The notes below the pieces were generated by a model that did not search any database, had not been told where the DNA came from, and worked only from the letters and a program-made list of their open reading frames with translations. 64,000 bases of DNA, taken from the IMG/VR virus record IMGVR_UViG_3300045988_066341; one strand, given 5' to 3'. Positions 7,951 through 17,228 of this stretch are shown piece after piece. The first letter of the stretch is position 1. Each line of letters starts with the position of its first letter. The DNA is from a virus. The position numbers and the translations under genes are program-made.

Positions 7951-10900
7951 CTATCTTCCTCTATCAAAATACCAATTAGCGTCCTCCCCAGACTCATCCT
8001 TATTCCTGCCTCCTAAGAAGAATCCCATCGTCATGCCGTTGGTCATCAACCAGTAGTCGGATGTCTGTTTAATATCCCTAGCCGTCTTGATATTATACCA
8101 TTGCTTACCAAACGAGAACTTCATGAGCTGCCTCCATAGCTTGCTCTCGCCCTTATACACGCCGGTCTGGACGGTAGCGAACGGATCCCAGTTCCGAGGA
8201 TCGGTAAGATCACCCAACTTACGGGCCGTAACCAGCGGGTCTTGTAACATGTCTATAGCGTTAAGCTCCATGAACGGGGATGCCTGGGAAGCGATCTCAT
8301 TGATCGTCCTAAACCCTATATAGGTAATGAACTGCCCGAACCAGCTATCCTCATTATCCTCCCTATATCCCATCAAAGCCCGTCCTATAGCCATCATCGT
8401 GGCGAATACCGCCATATTGATAATCGATCTCTTGATATTGATCTGCTCGTAGGGGGTAAGCTTATCATACTCTTCCTTAAGCACGTCATATGCCTCCCCC
8501 ATCCTGCCCTCGGACATCGATCCATAGACATTACCGGCCAGTCTCCATAACGTTCTCATATATCCTTCCTCAAACTGGTTGGTTTGGAAATTGAAACCGG
8601 CTTTCTTATACGCCCGCTGCACGGCCAATATAAACCATCCACGATGAGGCAGAACCATGTTAAGGATAGCGTTCCGGCTAGCCCCCACCCGGTTCTGCTC
8701 GTTCAAGGCGCCGTCGCAGATCTGCACCATGCTCCTGACCCTACTGGACAAAGTAGGTATGTATCTGTCTATAATATCCTTGTTAGCCTCATTCTTAGCC
8801 ACAATCTTTCCGTCCTTGACATCTACCATGTTCCACATAGAATAATCCCTTAAACGCTCCCAATCGCGTTTAGCCTCGTTAGCGGACATATTTCTGTCTT
8901 TCATCATCATCTCCTTGAAATTGGAGTATGACCAAAACTGACCCTCGTATAGGCGGGTATCATCCATGACCGATATAATGACCTGCGGATCCAACGGGGA
9001 GTTAAGAACCTCCATCATCTTAAACGGCAGGTCCCGGAATAAGGTTCTCCAGATTTTGTTATACGCTGCCGATCGTACACGGTTACGGACATTGAACACG
9101 CCTAGAGCCTCTCCAACGACATATAGCTTGTTGGTGCGGTTTATATCCCCGATCTCCGACACGTACGTACTTAACTGCTTCTGGGCTTCCCCATAGGCGT
9201 ATTTCATGGAGTCCTTGCTTATATACTGCCCTACCATACCCTCCAAAAGGAAGTTGGCCTGCCCGGTAAGGGCGCCGGTAGCCGCGACGAACGGGGAGAA
9301 GCCTAAGTTGGATCTGGATACGAATTTGGTAAACATAAGAGCCAGCTTATTAAGATCGACCTTATAATTACCTATATTCCATTCTGCCCGCTTATTATTT
9401 ATCCTAACATCATAGATACTGGCGTTAACCCAGTCCTGAAACATTCTATAGGCGTGAGTGGCCTCTGGGTTCTTACCGCCGTCGTATTGCGTCTCCAGCA
9501 TCATGTTCCTGTATCCCATGACATCATCCAAGGCCGCCCTCTTATACTTGTAAGAGGTCGCTTGTAAGGATAACATGGAATAGGAGTAGGCGAAGTCATG
9601 GGACACGTCATCGGCGTTCTCCAACTTACTAAGATAGTATTTGGGGATCATACGATATTTGTTATCGTTCTCATCAAGCCCTCCTAGGTCTTGTCCCTGA
9701 CCATGTATAGGGTCATCCACCCTCTCGCCAACGATATCACGTACGGCGTTGCCGATAGCCGCCTTCGGGTCAACCCCGGCCTGCACCATCCTCTCCACGC
9801 CGCCCTTGGATATTTGTGGTATCTGGTAGATATTCCTAAACCGCTCATCATAATCCTCCATAGCCTTACGGCTTATGTTAAGCAGCTCCTTCCTCATCTC
9901 CCACTTATCCTTATTGATCGTAGCTTCCTCCCCCTCGTTGGTAATACCGTATTTCTTGAAGAAAGCCTCGTTCTTGTACTTATCGAACCTAGGCGTATGA
10001 TATCCATAACCCAGATCGGGATTATAATTAGGATTACGAAAAGAACTCTCGGCGTCAGCCTCATCAAGCCACTGGTTATTGATCGTCAGATCGATCATAT
10101 TAATATCAAACCCGAAACGGGATACGCTCTCTTCCTTAGATATACCATTTTCTATGGCATCAAAGAACTCGGATACCTTATACGTACCGTTATTTATCTT
10201 CCTGACAAAGCCAGAATACCCCTTGGGAGAGTATCTCCTCATATAAGGATACAGCCGGGTCCTGGCGTACTCGACAAGGATCTTATCAGCCTTACCCATC
10301 GCTATGTCGTTAGCTAGCTTATTATTGAAGTCAGGACCGTATTTCCTTCTCAAAAACGATACCTCCACGGTCGTCCATGACGGATTCTTCCTAGATAGCT
10401 TAGCGGCCATCCTATCCACCTGACTCCGGGAGCGGGCAGACATATGTCCCTTGGCGAATTTAATCTCATCCATACCCTTGTCGTATACCATGGCATCCCT
10501 TAAAGCGTTACGGTAAGAATCCGTGACTCCACTCTCCACCGTATCAGGCATATCCATCTCAATAGCCTCAGCGGAAGCGGCGGCGTTAATAACGCTCTTA
10601 GCCTCAGCCAGACGATCATATAACTCGTTTATCTTTCTTAATGAGGCGGATCCACGTAACCTATCGAAATCATATTCCCCGTATCTCGTGCTATCCCGGT
10701 ACTGGATAAGCAAAGGCCTTAGCTGGTCATTGATCTCGTTTATTGTCGCCATCGCCTCCTCTACCTTCTCTATCCTTGATGATGATACAGATTGCTCCGT
10801 GATCTTATCAACCAGATTCTCGTAATAATCACCCTCCTCGGATCCCCACATATCCTTGGAGAAGCCAAGATGACCGCCAGCTAGCAGGAACTCAAACGCA

Positions 10901-13900
10901 GCCTTGCCGCCCTCGGACCGCTCTATCCCACGAAGTATCTCCTTGAACTCGGCGGAAGCCTTACGACCCTCGTTGGTATTCCCGAACTCCTCGGCCCACG
11001 CCTCGTCCCATGCCTTGATCTCCTCGGACATCATCAGAGCCTCGGATCCCTCTTCCTTTGGTGTCCCATCGGAATACCACTCGCTCTTGGCTATAGCCCT
11101 ATCACGAAGGATATCCAGATAAGATCTCCATGCTATAGGATCGGATTGGAATGCCGACCAATCCACTTTCCCGTCTTTCACGAATTTATCCATAGCCACA
11201 TATCTACTCCTGCGGATACGGGACATGAAATCGGATGTAGCTTGTGATACCCTGCGACCCAGCCTTTCCTCTACCTTCTTGTTCACATTCTCGATCTTAT
11301 CGTAATAAGCCTGCACCATAGGTTTCTCACGATTCTCATCCAACCACCTATTTATCGCATCGAGATATCGTTGCTGATCCTCGAATGTCATGGCCGAGAT
11401 ATCAAAATTCTGGATACTTGGCTTGAATATATGACTGACCTCCTTTGTAATAGGTTTATCACCATCATATCCTATGATATCATCACGAGTCTTGACCTTA
11501 AGCCCCTTATCAGATAAAAGCATGTCGACAAGTTGCTTCTCGGTCTTACCCGTAACCTTTTTAAGATCATATATATCAATAATAGCTTTCGCCTGCTCTG
11601 TCCGATACAGTAAATCGTATTTGGCGAAATCACGGGACGAGTCAAGGTAATCCGAGTTCTTCCCATTTATCTTCTGTATAAGATCCTCATTATCCTTTAT
11701 CCCCCATCCACGCTCTTTCATCATCTTCGTCATCTTATTGATATTAGCCACGCCCTCAACATGAGCGTCGTTATAAGCCTTGGCAAGACGTTGCCCTAAC
11801 ATGCCTAAGATAGCGTTCCCGCTATGTTCTAACGTCCCGAAAAACCGGGACATGACATTGATATCCTTATGGATGTTATCTATCAACTTCTTTATCCCAT
11901 TCCAATATCTTTCCGGGATATTAAACATCCGGAGCTGTCCATCCAGCCAATCCTCGTTACGATCGCTACGAAGGGCGTTTATATCAGACATAGATGTCTC
12001 AGCCATCCGCAATATATCATCCATATCCTCTACCATGCCAACCTTGTTGTTGCCATAATAATCCGCCGCCTGATTATTGACGAATCCACGAAGGTTCCTG
12101 ATTAACGGTACTATCTCCCCATATACGTTATCGATAACCTGTATCGTCTCATAATCCAATCCTTTTCCGCTCTTACGTAGGCTACTGGCAACCGTAACCA
12201 AATACTCCACCTCAGCCTTGGCGGTCGCTATGACACTCTTGGTGGATAACAGGTTGTTGTTTTTATTAAGCTCACCCCCGACTTGTCTCACCTTCTCGCC
12301 TATATCACGAAGAAGGGAGATACTCTCACCGATCCTCTGGCTTTGGCTTGATCTCATCCTCTGCAATCTAGTATACAGCCTTTCTAATGACCTGCCATTC
12401 TTGATCAGCTTATTAGCCACGTCAATGTCCGATAACGAGTACATGAGATGATCGCTATCCTTTAGCAGAAGCACGTCAAAGGCGCTTGGATCATCAGCTA
12501 ACGCCGACTCCTTTATCCTGTCAAGTACCTTATTCAAATCCGATCTTTGGCTGGAGAAGAAATTACGTATAGCTCGTACCATCCTGCCAAACAAGGAGAG
12601 CTGGGCGTCCTCGGACGAGGCCAGATCCTCCACCGCCTGTTCCATGCCCGGTACGAACCGCTGGGCCAACGTCTTACCTAGGATCTCCCGCTTCACCATC
12701 CGATCCAGTTCCTCCCCTTGGTATTCCTTCCCATACACCTCATAGTAACGACCGGCGAATTGATTCCATAATGGCGTGTCGACAACAGAGTCCAGAACCT
12801 CGTCAATCTCCTGCTGATTACGATAAGTATCGATCAAGAAGTGAGCCACCTCCTCATTAAGATCCTCTACCGTAGCTCCCTCAGCCAGGGCAATAACCCC
12901 ATTAGCCATATCGGATAAGGCCCTAGCCGAAGGCTCGACACCATTACGCATCTTATACTTATCCATATATTCGGACATACCCATCACACGGATACCTAAC
13001 GTGGATAAGATGTTGGTGATATCAGTCCTGTTCTGAAGATCCTCCGCCTTCTCATTCTCAATAACCCCACGGACATTACTTCCGTACAAGGCGTTATCCT
13101 CCATCATCAACGACAAGGCTAGCTCCATGAACCCATCATACTTATTATTAAGCTCCTCAAACTTACCTTGCCTTAACATGCCCTTTATCTCCGATCTGCT
13201 TACCGTAACCTTCTCCCCTGATGTCGTGATAAGATCAAGATCGTTATTTACCTCCGTATCAAAACCGATGGAGCCTAATACGTTCATCTCAGAAGACATA
13301 CTACCAAACCTGTTCCTTAGTCTAGACAAGGCGTCCATAGCGTTATAGATCTTAAGACCATCAGAGTTGCCGGCTCCGGTAAGATAATACCTATCCCCTA
13401 ACCTTATACGCTCCCCGCTCAACAGACCTTTCTTGATAAGGTAATTGACAAACCCTCCACGAGTGCTTATATTAGAGCCTGAGCTGATACCAAGGACCGG
13501 TATGAATGACTCGCTGTTGTTAAGGGTTATGGAGGACGAGCCAAAGGAGATATCAGCCGTACCGGACGGGACGTCACTCTCCTCGACACTGCCGGCCAAG
13601 AACCCGGCCTCGATCCGCCCGCCGGACGAGCCTTTTATGACGTTGGCGTAAGAGTCGTGTATCTTGCCGTCATCCGATCTAAAGAACAACCTGGGCTCCC
13701 CGCTATCATAAGCAAGGAGATTGTTTATCTGGTTCATGGGCTTACTAAGCTCCTTATCCACCTCCGATAACCTATCCCTTGACCTAGTGAGAAGCGTACG
13801 CATATCCGTATCATTCATCTTAATATCGAGACCCATGGAACGAAGGGCGTCACGGATAAACGACACTATCTTATCCCATAAGCTGGAGTCCGGATTGGAT

Positions 13901-15195
13901 TCGGCAAAGGTAGCCATAAACTCCTCGGCGGCTATAATCTGATTGCCATATCGGTCTAAATAAGACCGCTGGTCAGCCTCGTCCATCGAATCGAATATCT
14001 TCCTCATCGTATCATCAAAACGATTACCAAGAAGATCTCTAAGCCCTTTATGCGCAACTACCTCATGCAAGATAGTTCTCTCCAAATCCTGCTCATCCTC
14101 TATATTGTCAGCTACGATAGTGATGGTATCGGTATCCGTGTCATACCATCCCTTGCTCTTGGACATCATATCGGCGTAATCATGATCACTTACCTCACTT
14201 CTTATATCGTCAATCGAAACGATATTCACCGTAGTACCTAATTTAGCGAGACCAGATACTTTCTCCGACATACCGGCCTTTACCTCGCTTACGTCCCTGA
14301 ATCTCAAATCCCCAGGTCTCTTCCTTGTCACGACGACGGCCGTCATGCCAGACGCCATTCCGCTGTTGCCGGGATTCGCAGTCTCCACCTCGAACATACC
14401 CCCAAGCTCACGCTCGACATATTCTTTAAGCGACGACCTCGTGAACCCTTTTTGATAGGCCCTGATATTCCCCTTTGAATCAGTGACAAGTATCTCCGAC
14501 GGATCGTCAAGCTCTATTTTCTGCTTTTGTGCGGACACGCCCTTAGCGTCACGGACATTTATGAACAACTTGCCTCCGACCTTCAATTTGTCAGCCATTG
14601 ATTTAAGTACGTCGGATCTCCAATCATCAGGGATCACGTTCAATACAGCGTTGCTGATTATGTAATCATACTTCTTGTCTATATCCTCGTACCTCAAATA
14701 CGTGGGAGGGACCCTTTTGGATGACGGGTAAGGCTCGACATCATCGACATCCATCCCCATATCACGTAACGCCCGCGTGCCAACGCCAAGACCTGACGAG
14801 GCGTCCAATATAGATTTACCCTCCATACCTTCGTTGGATATAAAATCACCGATCCTCTTATACGTGTTCACGGTAGACGTGATCTGCGTGGAATGCTGAC
14901 CGGTAGAAGTGGTCTGGCCGCTAAGCCACGTGGGATATTCCTCGAACAGCCGTGACGACGTCCTAAACCTAAGGGATGACCTTAATCCCTCTTTCTTGGC
15001 GTTAGACACCCAATCCCCGAACCTGGACCTGAACTTATCGTTATACGTGGCCATATAAGCCTCGGCGGCCTTATCAAGGTCACTCACGGCGGCTATACCC
15101 GATATCTTATCGAACAAGGTAGATACCTCGCCGGAAGGGGTCAAGACACGGGTTATCTTACCCTCCTTATTCCTTTTAATTACGCAACTCGACAT
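7951..15195 (-). CDS. giant polyvalent-type virion protein (2414 aa) with a class-I SAM methyltransferase domain near the N-terminus
   Basis: Uninterrupted ORF. ATG 15195 lies 17 nt downstream of a -7 box; the track extension to 15237 runs through a terminator. HEVVAH motif at 14050-14067. Confidence 0.85.
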   Translation of the reverse strand: MSSCVIKRNKEGKITRVLTPSGEVSTLFDKISGIAAVSDLDKAAEAYMATYNDKFRSRFGDWVSNAKKEGLRSSLRFRTSSRLFEEYPTWLSGQTTSTGQHSTQITSTVNTYKRIGDFISNEGMEGKSILDASSGLGVGTRALRDMGMDVDDVEPYPSSKRVPPTYLRYEDIDKKYDYIISNAVLNVIPDDWRSDVLKSMADKLKVGGKLFINVRDAKGVSAQKQKIELDDPSEILVTDSKGNIRAYQKGFTRSSLKEYVERELGGMFEVETANPGNSGMASGMTAVVVTRKRPGDLRFRDVSEVKAGMSEKVSGLAKLGTTVNIVSIDDIRSEVSDHDYADMMSKSKGWYDTDTDTITIVADNIEDEQDLERTILHEVVAHKGLRDLLGNRFDDTMRKIFDSMDEADQRSYLDRYGNQIIAAEEFMATFAESNPDSSLWDKIVSFIRDALRSMGLDIKMNDTDMRTLLTRSRDRLSEVDKELSKPMNQINNLLAYDSGEPRLFFRSDDGKIHDSYANVIKGSSGGRIEAGFLAGSVEESDVPSGTADISFGSSSITLNNSESFIPVLGISSGSNISTRGGFVNYLIKKGLLSGERIRLGDRYYLTGAGNSDGLKIYNAMDALSRLRNRFGSMSSEMNVLGSIGFDTEVNNDLDLITTSGEKVTVSRSEIKGMLRQGKFEELNNKYDGFMELALSLMMEDNALYGSNVRGVIENEKAEDLQNRTDITNILSTLGIRVMGMSEYMDKYKMRNGVEPSARALSDMANGVIALAEGATVEDLNEEVAHFLIDTYRNQQEIDEVLDSVVDTPLWNQFAGRYYEVYGKEYQGEELDRMVKREILGKTLAQRFVPGMEQAVEDLASSEDAQLSLFGRMVRAIRNFFSSQRSDLNKVLDRIKESALADDPSAFDVLLLKDSDHLMYSLSDIDVANKLIKNGRSLERLYTRLQRMRSSQSQRIGESISLLRDIGEKVRQVGGELNKNNNLLSTKSVIATAKAEVEYLVTVASSLRKSGKGLDYETIQVIDNVYGEIVPLIRNLRGFVNNQAADYYGNNKVGMVEDMDDILRMAETSMSDINALRSDRNEDWLDGQLRMFNIPERYWNGIKKLIDNIHKDINVMSRFFGTLEHSGNAILGMLGQRLAKAYNDAHVEGVANINKMTKMMKERGWGIKDNEDLIQKINGKNSDYLDSSRDFAKYDLLYRTEQAKAIIDIYDLKKVTGKTEKQLVDMLLSDKGLKVKTRDDIIGYDGDKPITKEVSHIFKPSIQNFDISAMTFEDQQRYLDAINRWLDENREKPMVQAYYDKIENVNKKVEERLGRRVSQATSDFMSRIRRSRYVAMDKFVKDGKVDWSAFQSDPIAWRSYLDILRDRAIAKSEWYSDGTPKEEGSEALMMSEEIKAWDEAWAEEFGNTNEGRKASAEFKEILRGIERSEGGKAAFEFLLAGGHLGFSKDMWGSEEGDYYENLVDKITEQSVSSSRIEKVEEAMATINEINDQLRPLLIQYRDSTRYGEYDFDRLRGSASLRKINELYDRLAEAKSVINAAASAEAIEMDMPDTVESGVTDSYRNALRDAMVYDKGMDEIKFAKGHMSARSRSQVDRMAAKLSRKNPSWTTVEVSFLRRKYGPDFNNKLANDIAMGKADKILVEYARTRLYPYMRRYSPKGYSGFVRKINNGTYKVSEFFDAIENGISKEESVSRFGFDINMIDLTINNQWLDEADAESSFRNPNYNPDLGYGYHTPRFDKYKNEAFFKKYGITNEGEEATINKDKWEMRKELLNISRKAMEDYDERFRNIYQIPQISKGGVERMVQAGVDPKAAIGNAVRDIVGERVDDPIHGQGQDLGGLDENDNKYRMIPKYYLSKLENADDVSHDFAYSYSMLSLQATSYKYKRAALDDVMGYRNMMLETQYDGGKNPEATHAYRMFQDWVNASIYDVRINNKRAEWNIGNYKVDLNKLALMFTKFVSRSNLGFSPFVAATGALTGQANFLLEGMVGQYISKDSMKYAYGEAQKQLSTYVSEIGDINRTNKLYVVGEALGVFNVRNRVRSAAYNKIWRTLFRDLPFKMMEVLNSPLDPQVIISVMDDTRLYEGQFWSYSNFKEMMMKDRNMSANEAKRDWERLRDYSMWNMVDVKDGKIVAKNEANKDIIDRYIPTLSSRVRSMVQICDGALNEQNRVGASRNAILNMVLPHRGWFILAVQRAYKKAGFNFQTNQFEEGYMRTLWRLAGNVYGSMSEGRMGEAYDVLKEEYDKLTPYEQINIKRSIINMAVFATMMAIGRALMGYREDNEDSWFGQFITYIGFRTINEIASQASPFMELNAIDMLQDPLVTARKLGDLTDPRNWDPFATVQTGVYKGESKLWRQLMKFSFGKQWYNIKTARDIKQTSDYWLMTNGMTMGFFLGGRNKDESGEDANWYFDRGR
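14323..14865 (-). other. SAM-dependent methyltransferase domain inside the 2414-aa protein
   Basis: Motif I ILDASSGLGVG, acidic post-I DVEP, IISNAVLNVIP, GGKLFINV. Confidence 0.7.
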
Positions 15196-15211
15196 AACTT
15201 CATGTTTTTGA

Positions 15212-15219
15212 CAAAGATA
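15212..15219 (-). promoter_or_regulatory. -7 box TATCTTTG (TAnnTTTG), class A
   Basis: 17 nt upstream of ATG 15195; followed by TCAAAAAC. Confidence 0.6.
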
Positions 15220-15222
15220 AAC

Positions 15223-15250
15223 AAAAAGCCCCCACAAAAGAGCGGGGGCT
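15223..15250 (-). terminator. intrinsic terminator
   Basis: GCCCCCGC-UCUUUU-GUGGGGGC followed by UUUUUGU on the - strand, after the stop at 15274. Confidence 0.75.
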
Positions 15251-15273
15251 AATATCCAAACGCGAGAAGATGA

Positions 15274-15597
15274 TCATAATATCATCCAATCGGTAGCCAG
15301 CATATCAGTCTGAGATGCTAACCAGCCATTTACGATAGTATCATCAGCGGCTTTCATACACAAATAAGCCGTGAACTTGATCTTGTCCGTTTCCGAGTCA
15401 CCATAATTATTAGCAACCCATTTCTTTACTGCATCAGGTAAGGATTTAACCTTATTCACGACCATGTCTGTAGACAAACAGTCTTCAGGACGCTGAAAAA
15501 TAAACATCCCTTTTCCATTCCATCCCTCACGGCAAGCCAACTCTCCTTTCTTCACAGCCTCAATAGCCTCTCCAAATGTCAATCCTTTATCATTCAT
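15274..15597 (-). CDS. DUF2829-family protein (family of the Tad2 anti-Thoeris sponge), 107 aa
   Basis: [25 protein letters not shown] ... [18 protein letters not shown] matches the family signature from end to end; ATG 15597. Confidence 0.8.
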   Translation of the reverse strand: MNDKGLTFGEAIEAVKKGELACREGWNGKGMFIFQRPEDCLSTDMVVNKVKSLPDAVKKWVANNYGDSETDKIKFTAYLCMKAADDTIVNGWLASQTDMLATDWMIL

Positions 15598-15641
15598 GAT
15601 TGTAATTATTTTAATTAAACAAATATAGGTAAAAATAATCA

Positions 15642-16415
15642 TTATTCTTCAACTTTCCCTAACACGACATCCGATATACATCTGGCACACCATCCTACCA
15701 TATAAGCTATAGGCTCTTGATTGTCAGCATGAAACTTGATCCCTAACTCGCTAAGAATATCCATAGAGACATGAAACGCCTCGTGAGAGATCATAGACGG
15801 ATCAACATCCTTGTCATCTATCCACACGACAACCAGTTCCCCGTATTTACCGGTATCCTTAAATCTCACCATAGGGAAAGTAGTCATGGATGGCTCCGAT
15901 CCCACCTCCATCTCAATCTCAATCTCAGAGTCATCCCTTGTCGTAAACCTGTCTATAACATCCTTTGGCTCGCACCCTTTCATCACGAACAAGCTCCTCG
16001 GATATATCTTAGGATCAAACTCATATACTATTTTATCCATTTTCTTTTCACCATTCTTTCTAATATTATGTTTCCCAAAAATAGGATCACGTGGATCCTT
16101 TTTTGGATTATAACTAAACACCTTATCAGTTAATTCTTTAAGTTGATTATTCATCTCCATAAGTCTTATAAAACGATCATTCGTATATGCCTTAAACTCA
16201 TAAACAGGCAACCCGGAAGAGCTGGATATCTCAGCGGAAGGGGATACGACTATAAAATCCCCATCATTAATAATTATGTGCTTATTATCACGCTCCACGG
16301 AATAATATCCATTTCTTTCTGTAACAGATATACCAAAACGTTCTATAGCCTTATTGATATTCACAATATCATATGAATGAAATTTGAATACCTCCGTATT
16401 TAAAGAATATATCAT
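15642..16415 (-). CDS. hypothetical protein with an HExxH motif (possible zinc metallopeptidase), 257 aa
   Basis: [14 protein letters not shown]; no other motif recognised. Confidence 0.6.
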   Translation of the reverse strand: MIYSLNTEVFKFHSYDIVNINKAIERFGISVTERNGYYSVERDNKHIIINDGDFIVVSPSAEISSSSGLPVYEFKAYTNDRFIRLMEMNNQLKELTDKVFSYNPKKDPRDPIFGKHNIRKNGEKKMDKIVYEFDPKIYPRSLFVMKGCEPKDVIDRFTTRDDSEIEIEMEVGSEPSMTTFPMVRFKDTGKYGELVVVWIDDKDVDPSMISHEAFHVSMDILSELGIKFHADNQEPIAYMVGWCARCISDVVLGKVEE

Positions 16416-16690
16416 AACTCTCTTAATTTCCCTATAACCTCAAAACACATCTTACACTCAATCCTACGATACAACTGCCTTACGCCATCTATCGTAGTCC
16501 AATAACGACCACCCTCACGGTGTAGGAACTCGCTCATAACTTTAGTGTCAGCCACATCATGTAAATCATATGAACTGAAACATAACTTACATATATCGTC
16601 AAGATCAAAATAAGTAACCTTATTATACGATATACAACGGATTTGTCCTCCATCAGGAATCTGAACATCGAAAACATCTATCTTCTCCAT
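16412..16690 (-). CDS. hypothetical protein, 92 aa
   Basis: ORF track; own class-B promoter and structured leader; ATGA overlap with the next gene. Confidence 0.55.
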   Translation of the reverse strand: MEKIDVFDVQIPDGGQIRCISYNKVTYFDLDDICKLCFSSYDLHDVADTKVMSEFLHREGGRYWTTIDGVRQLYRRIECKMCFEVIGKLREL

Positions 16691-16758
16691 ATTAAAAATA
16701 GAGGGATACCGATCCCATCACAGACCTGTATCCCCTTATAATAAATTAGCGACGAAAA

Positions 16759-16776
16759 GCATGGTGATGGACATGC
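16759..16776 (-). promoter_or_regulatory. leader hairpin GCAUG-UCCAUCAC-CAUGC
   Basis: Starts 5 nt after the -7 box; its 8-nt loop is identical to that of hairpin 28804-28823. Confidence 0.5.
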
Positions 16777-16780
16777 GCCA

Positions 16781-16788
16781 CAAATGTA
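16781..16788 (-). promoter_or_regulatory. -7 box TACATTTG, class B (GGCG start, long structured leader)
   Basis: 91 nt upstream of ATG 16690. Confidence 0.5.
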
Positions 16789-16814
16789 ATTACAAAATTC
16801 GTAAAAACAAAATA

Positions 16815-17132
16815 TCAAGGGCAATCACCCGTGCATTCGCATGGAGCATCGCTTTTCAAAACCCCATATACCCGATTGTCGCTAGTCAGCCATCGTTTGC
16901 CGTCGCTCGTGATATAAGCCTGCCGGCATCCCTCCTGATTCACCGTGAGCGTCTTCTTAACACCTTTTGGAGTTGTTATCTCCAGCTCAAGAGTCCGATC
17001 AAGACCGTTGTTCATCACCGAGCCAAAGGAAACGGGGGCGCTTCCGGCCCCGGACCCCGGACTGACGGTAAGAGGCTGGTCCGTTACCTCGCCTACCCCG
17101 TCCTTCCAATTAATATTCAAATCATTAGCCAT
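16815..17132 (-). CDS. BACON/Ig-like domain protein, 105 aa
   Basis: SPGSGAGSAPVSF..NNGLDRTLELEITTPKGVKKTLTVNQEG resembles the BACON-type pattern (judged by eye). Confidence 0.55.
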   Translation of the reverse strand: MANDLNINWKDGVGEVTDQPLTVSPGSGAGSAPVSFGSVMNNGLDRTLELEITTPKGVKKTLTVNQEGCRQAYITSDGKRWLTSDNRVYGVLKSDAPCECTGDCP

Positions 17133-17156
17133 AGTTGTATTATTTTTGTTCTATTG

Positions 17157-17164
17157 CAAAGATA
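17157..17164 (-). promoter_or_regulatory. -7 box TATCTTTG, class A
   Basis: 25 nt upstream of ATG 17132. Confidence 0.55.
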
Positions 17165-17166
17165 GC

Positions 17167-17204
17167 AAAACAAATAAACCCCAACCGGCTTTAGTCGATC
17201 GGGG
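17167..17204 (-). terminator. intrinsic terminator
   Basis: CCCCGAUC-N10-GGUUGGGG followed by UUUAUUUGUUUUG on the - strand. Confidence 0.6.
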
Positions 17205-17228
17205 TCTGAGTAAGCGAAAAGAAACTGA

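Noticed and set aside
9691-10317. Antisense or shadow ORFs inside the large genes (for example 9691-10317, 19173-19634, 19878-20225, 35986-36486, 59448-60323, 60867-61391, 16761-17165, 21666-22286)
   Set aside because: They lie wholly within longer, motif-bearing ORFs on the opposite strand. Their composition is skewed and low in complexity (Ser/Leu/Pro/Arg-rich), and they have no promoter boxes. Several merely mirror the repeat structure of the real gene.
15196-15237. N-terminal extensions given by the ORF track (15196-15237, 26942-27025, 28739-28786, 40661-40684, 50810-50854, 52698-52736, 54460-54570, 55758-55808)
   Set aside because: These use non-ATG starts and run through terminator hairpins and/or lie upstream of the TAnnTTTG box. 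The first ATG or GTG 16-25 nt after the box was preferred.
15274-15276. Genome-wide TGA-to-Trp recoding (code 4-like) as the explanation for the two in-frame TGAs
   Set aside because: About 17 genes in the window end on TGA, several in ATGA start/stop overlaps (4861, 5229, 16412). The DUF2829 gene ends at the canonical family C-terminus (..DWMIL) on TGA and is followed by a terminator and a promoter. The eight giant ORFs (about 11,000 codons) contain no in-frame TGA and use TGG for Trp. Local read-through or mutation fits better.
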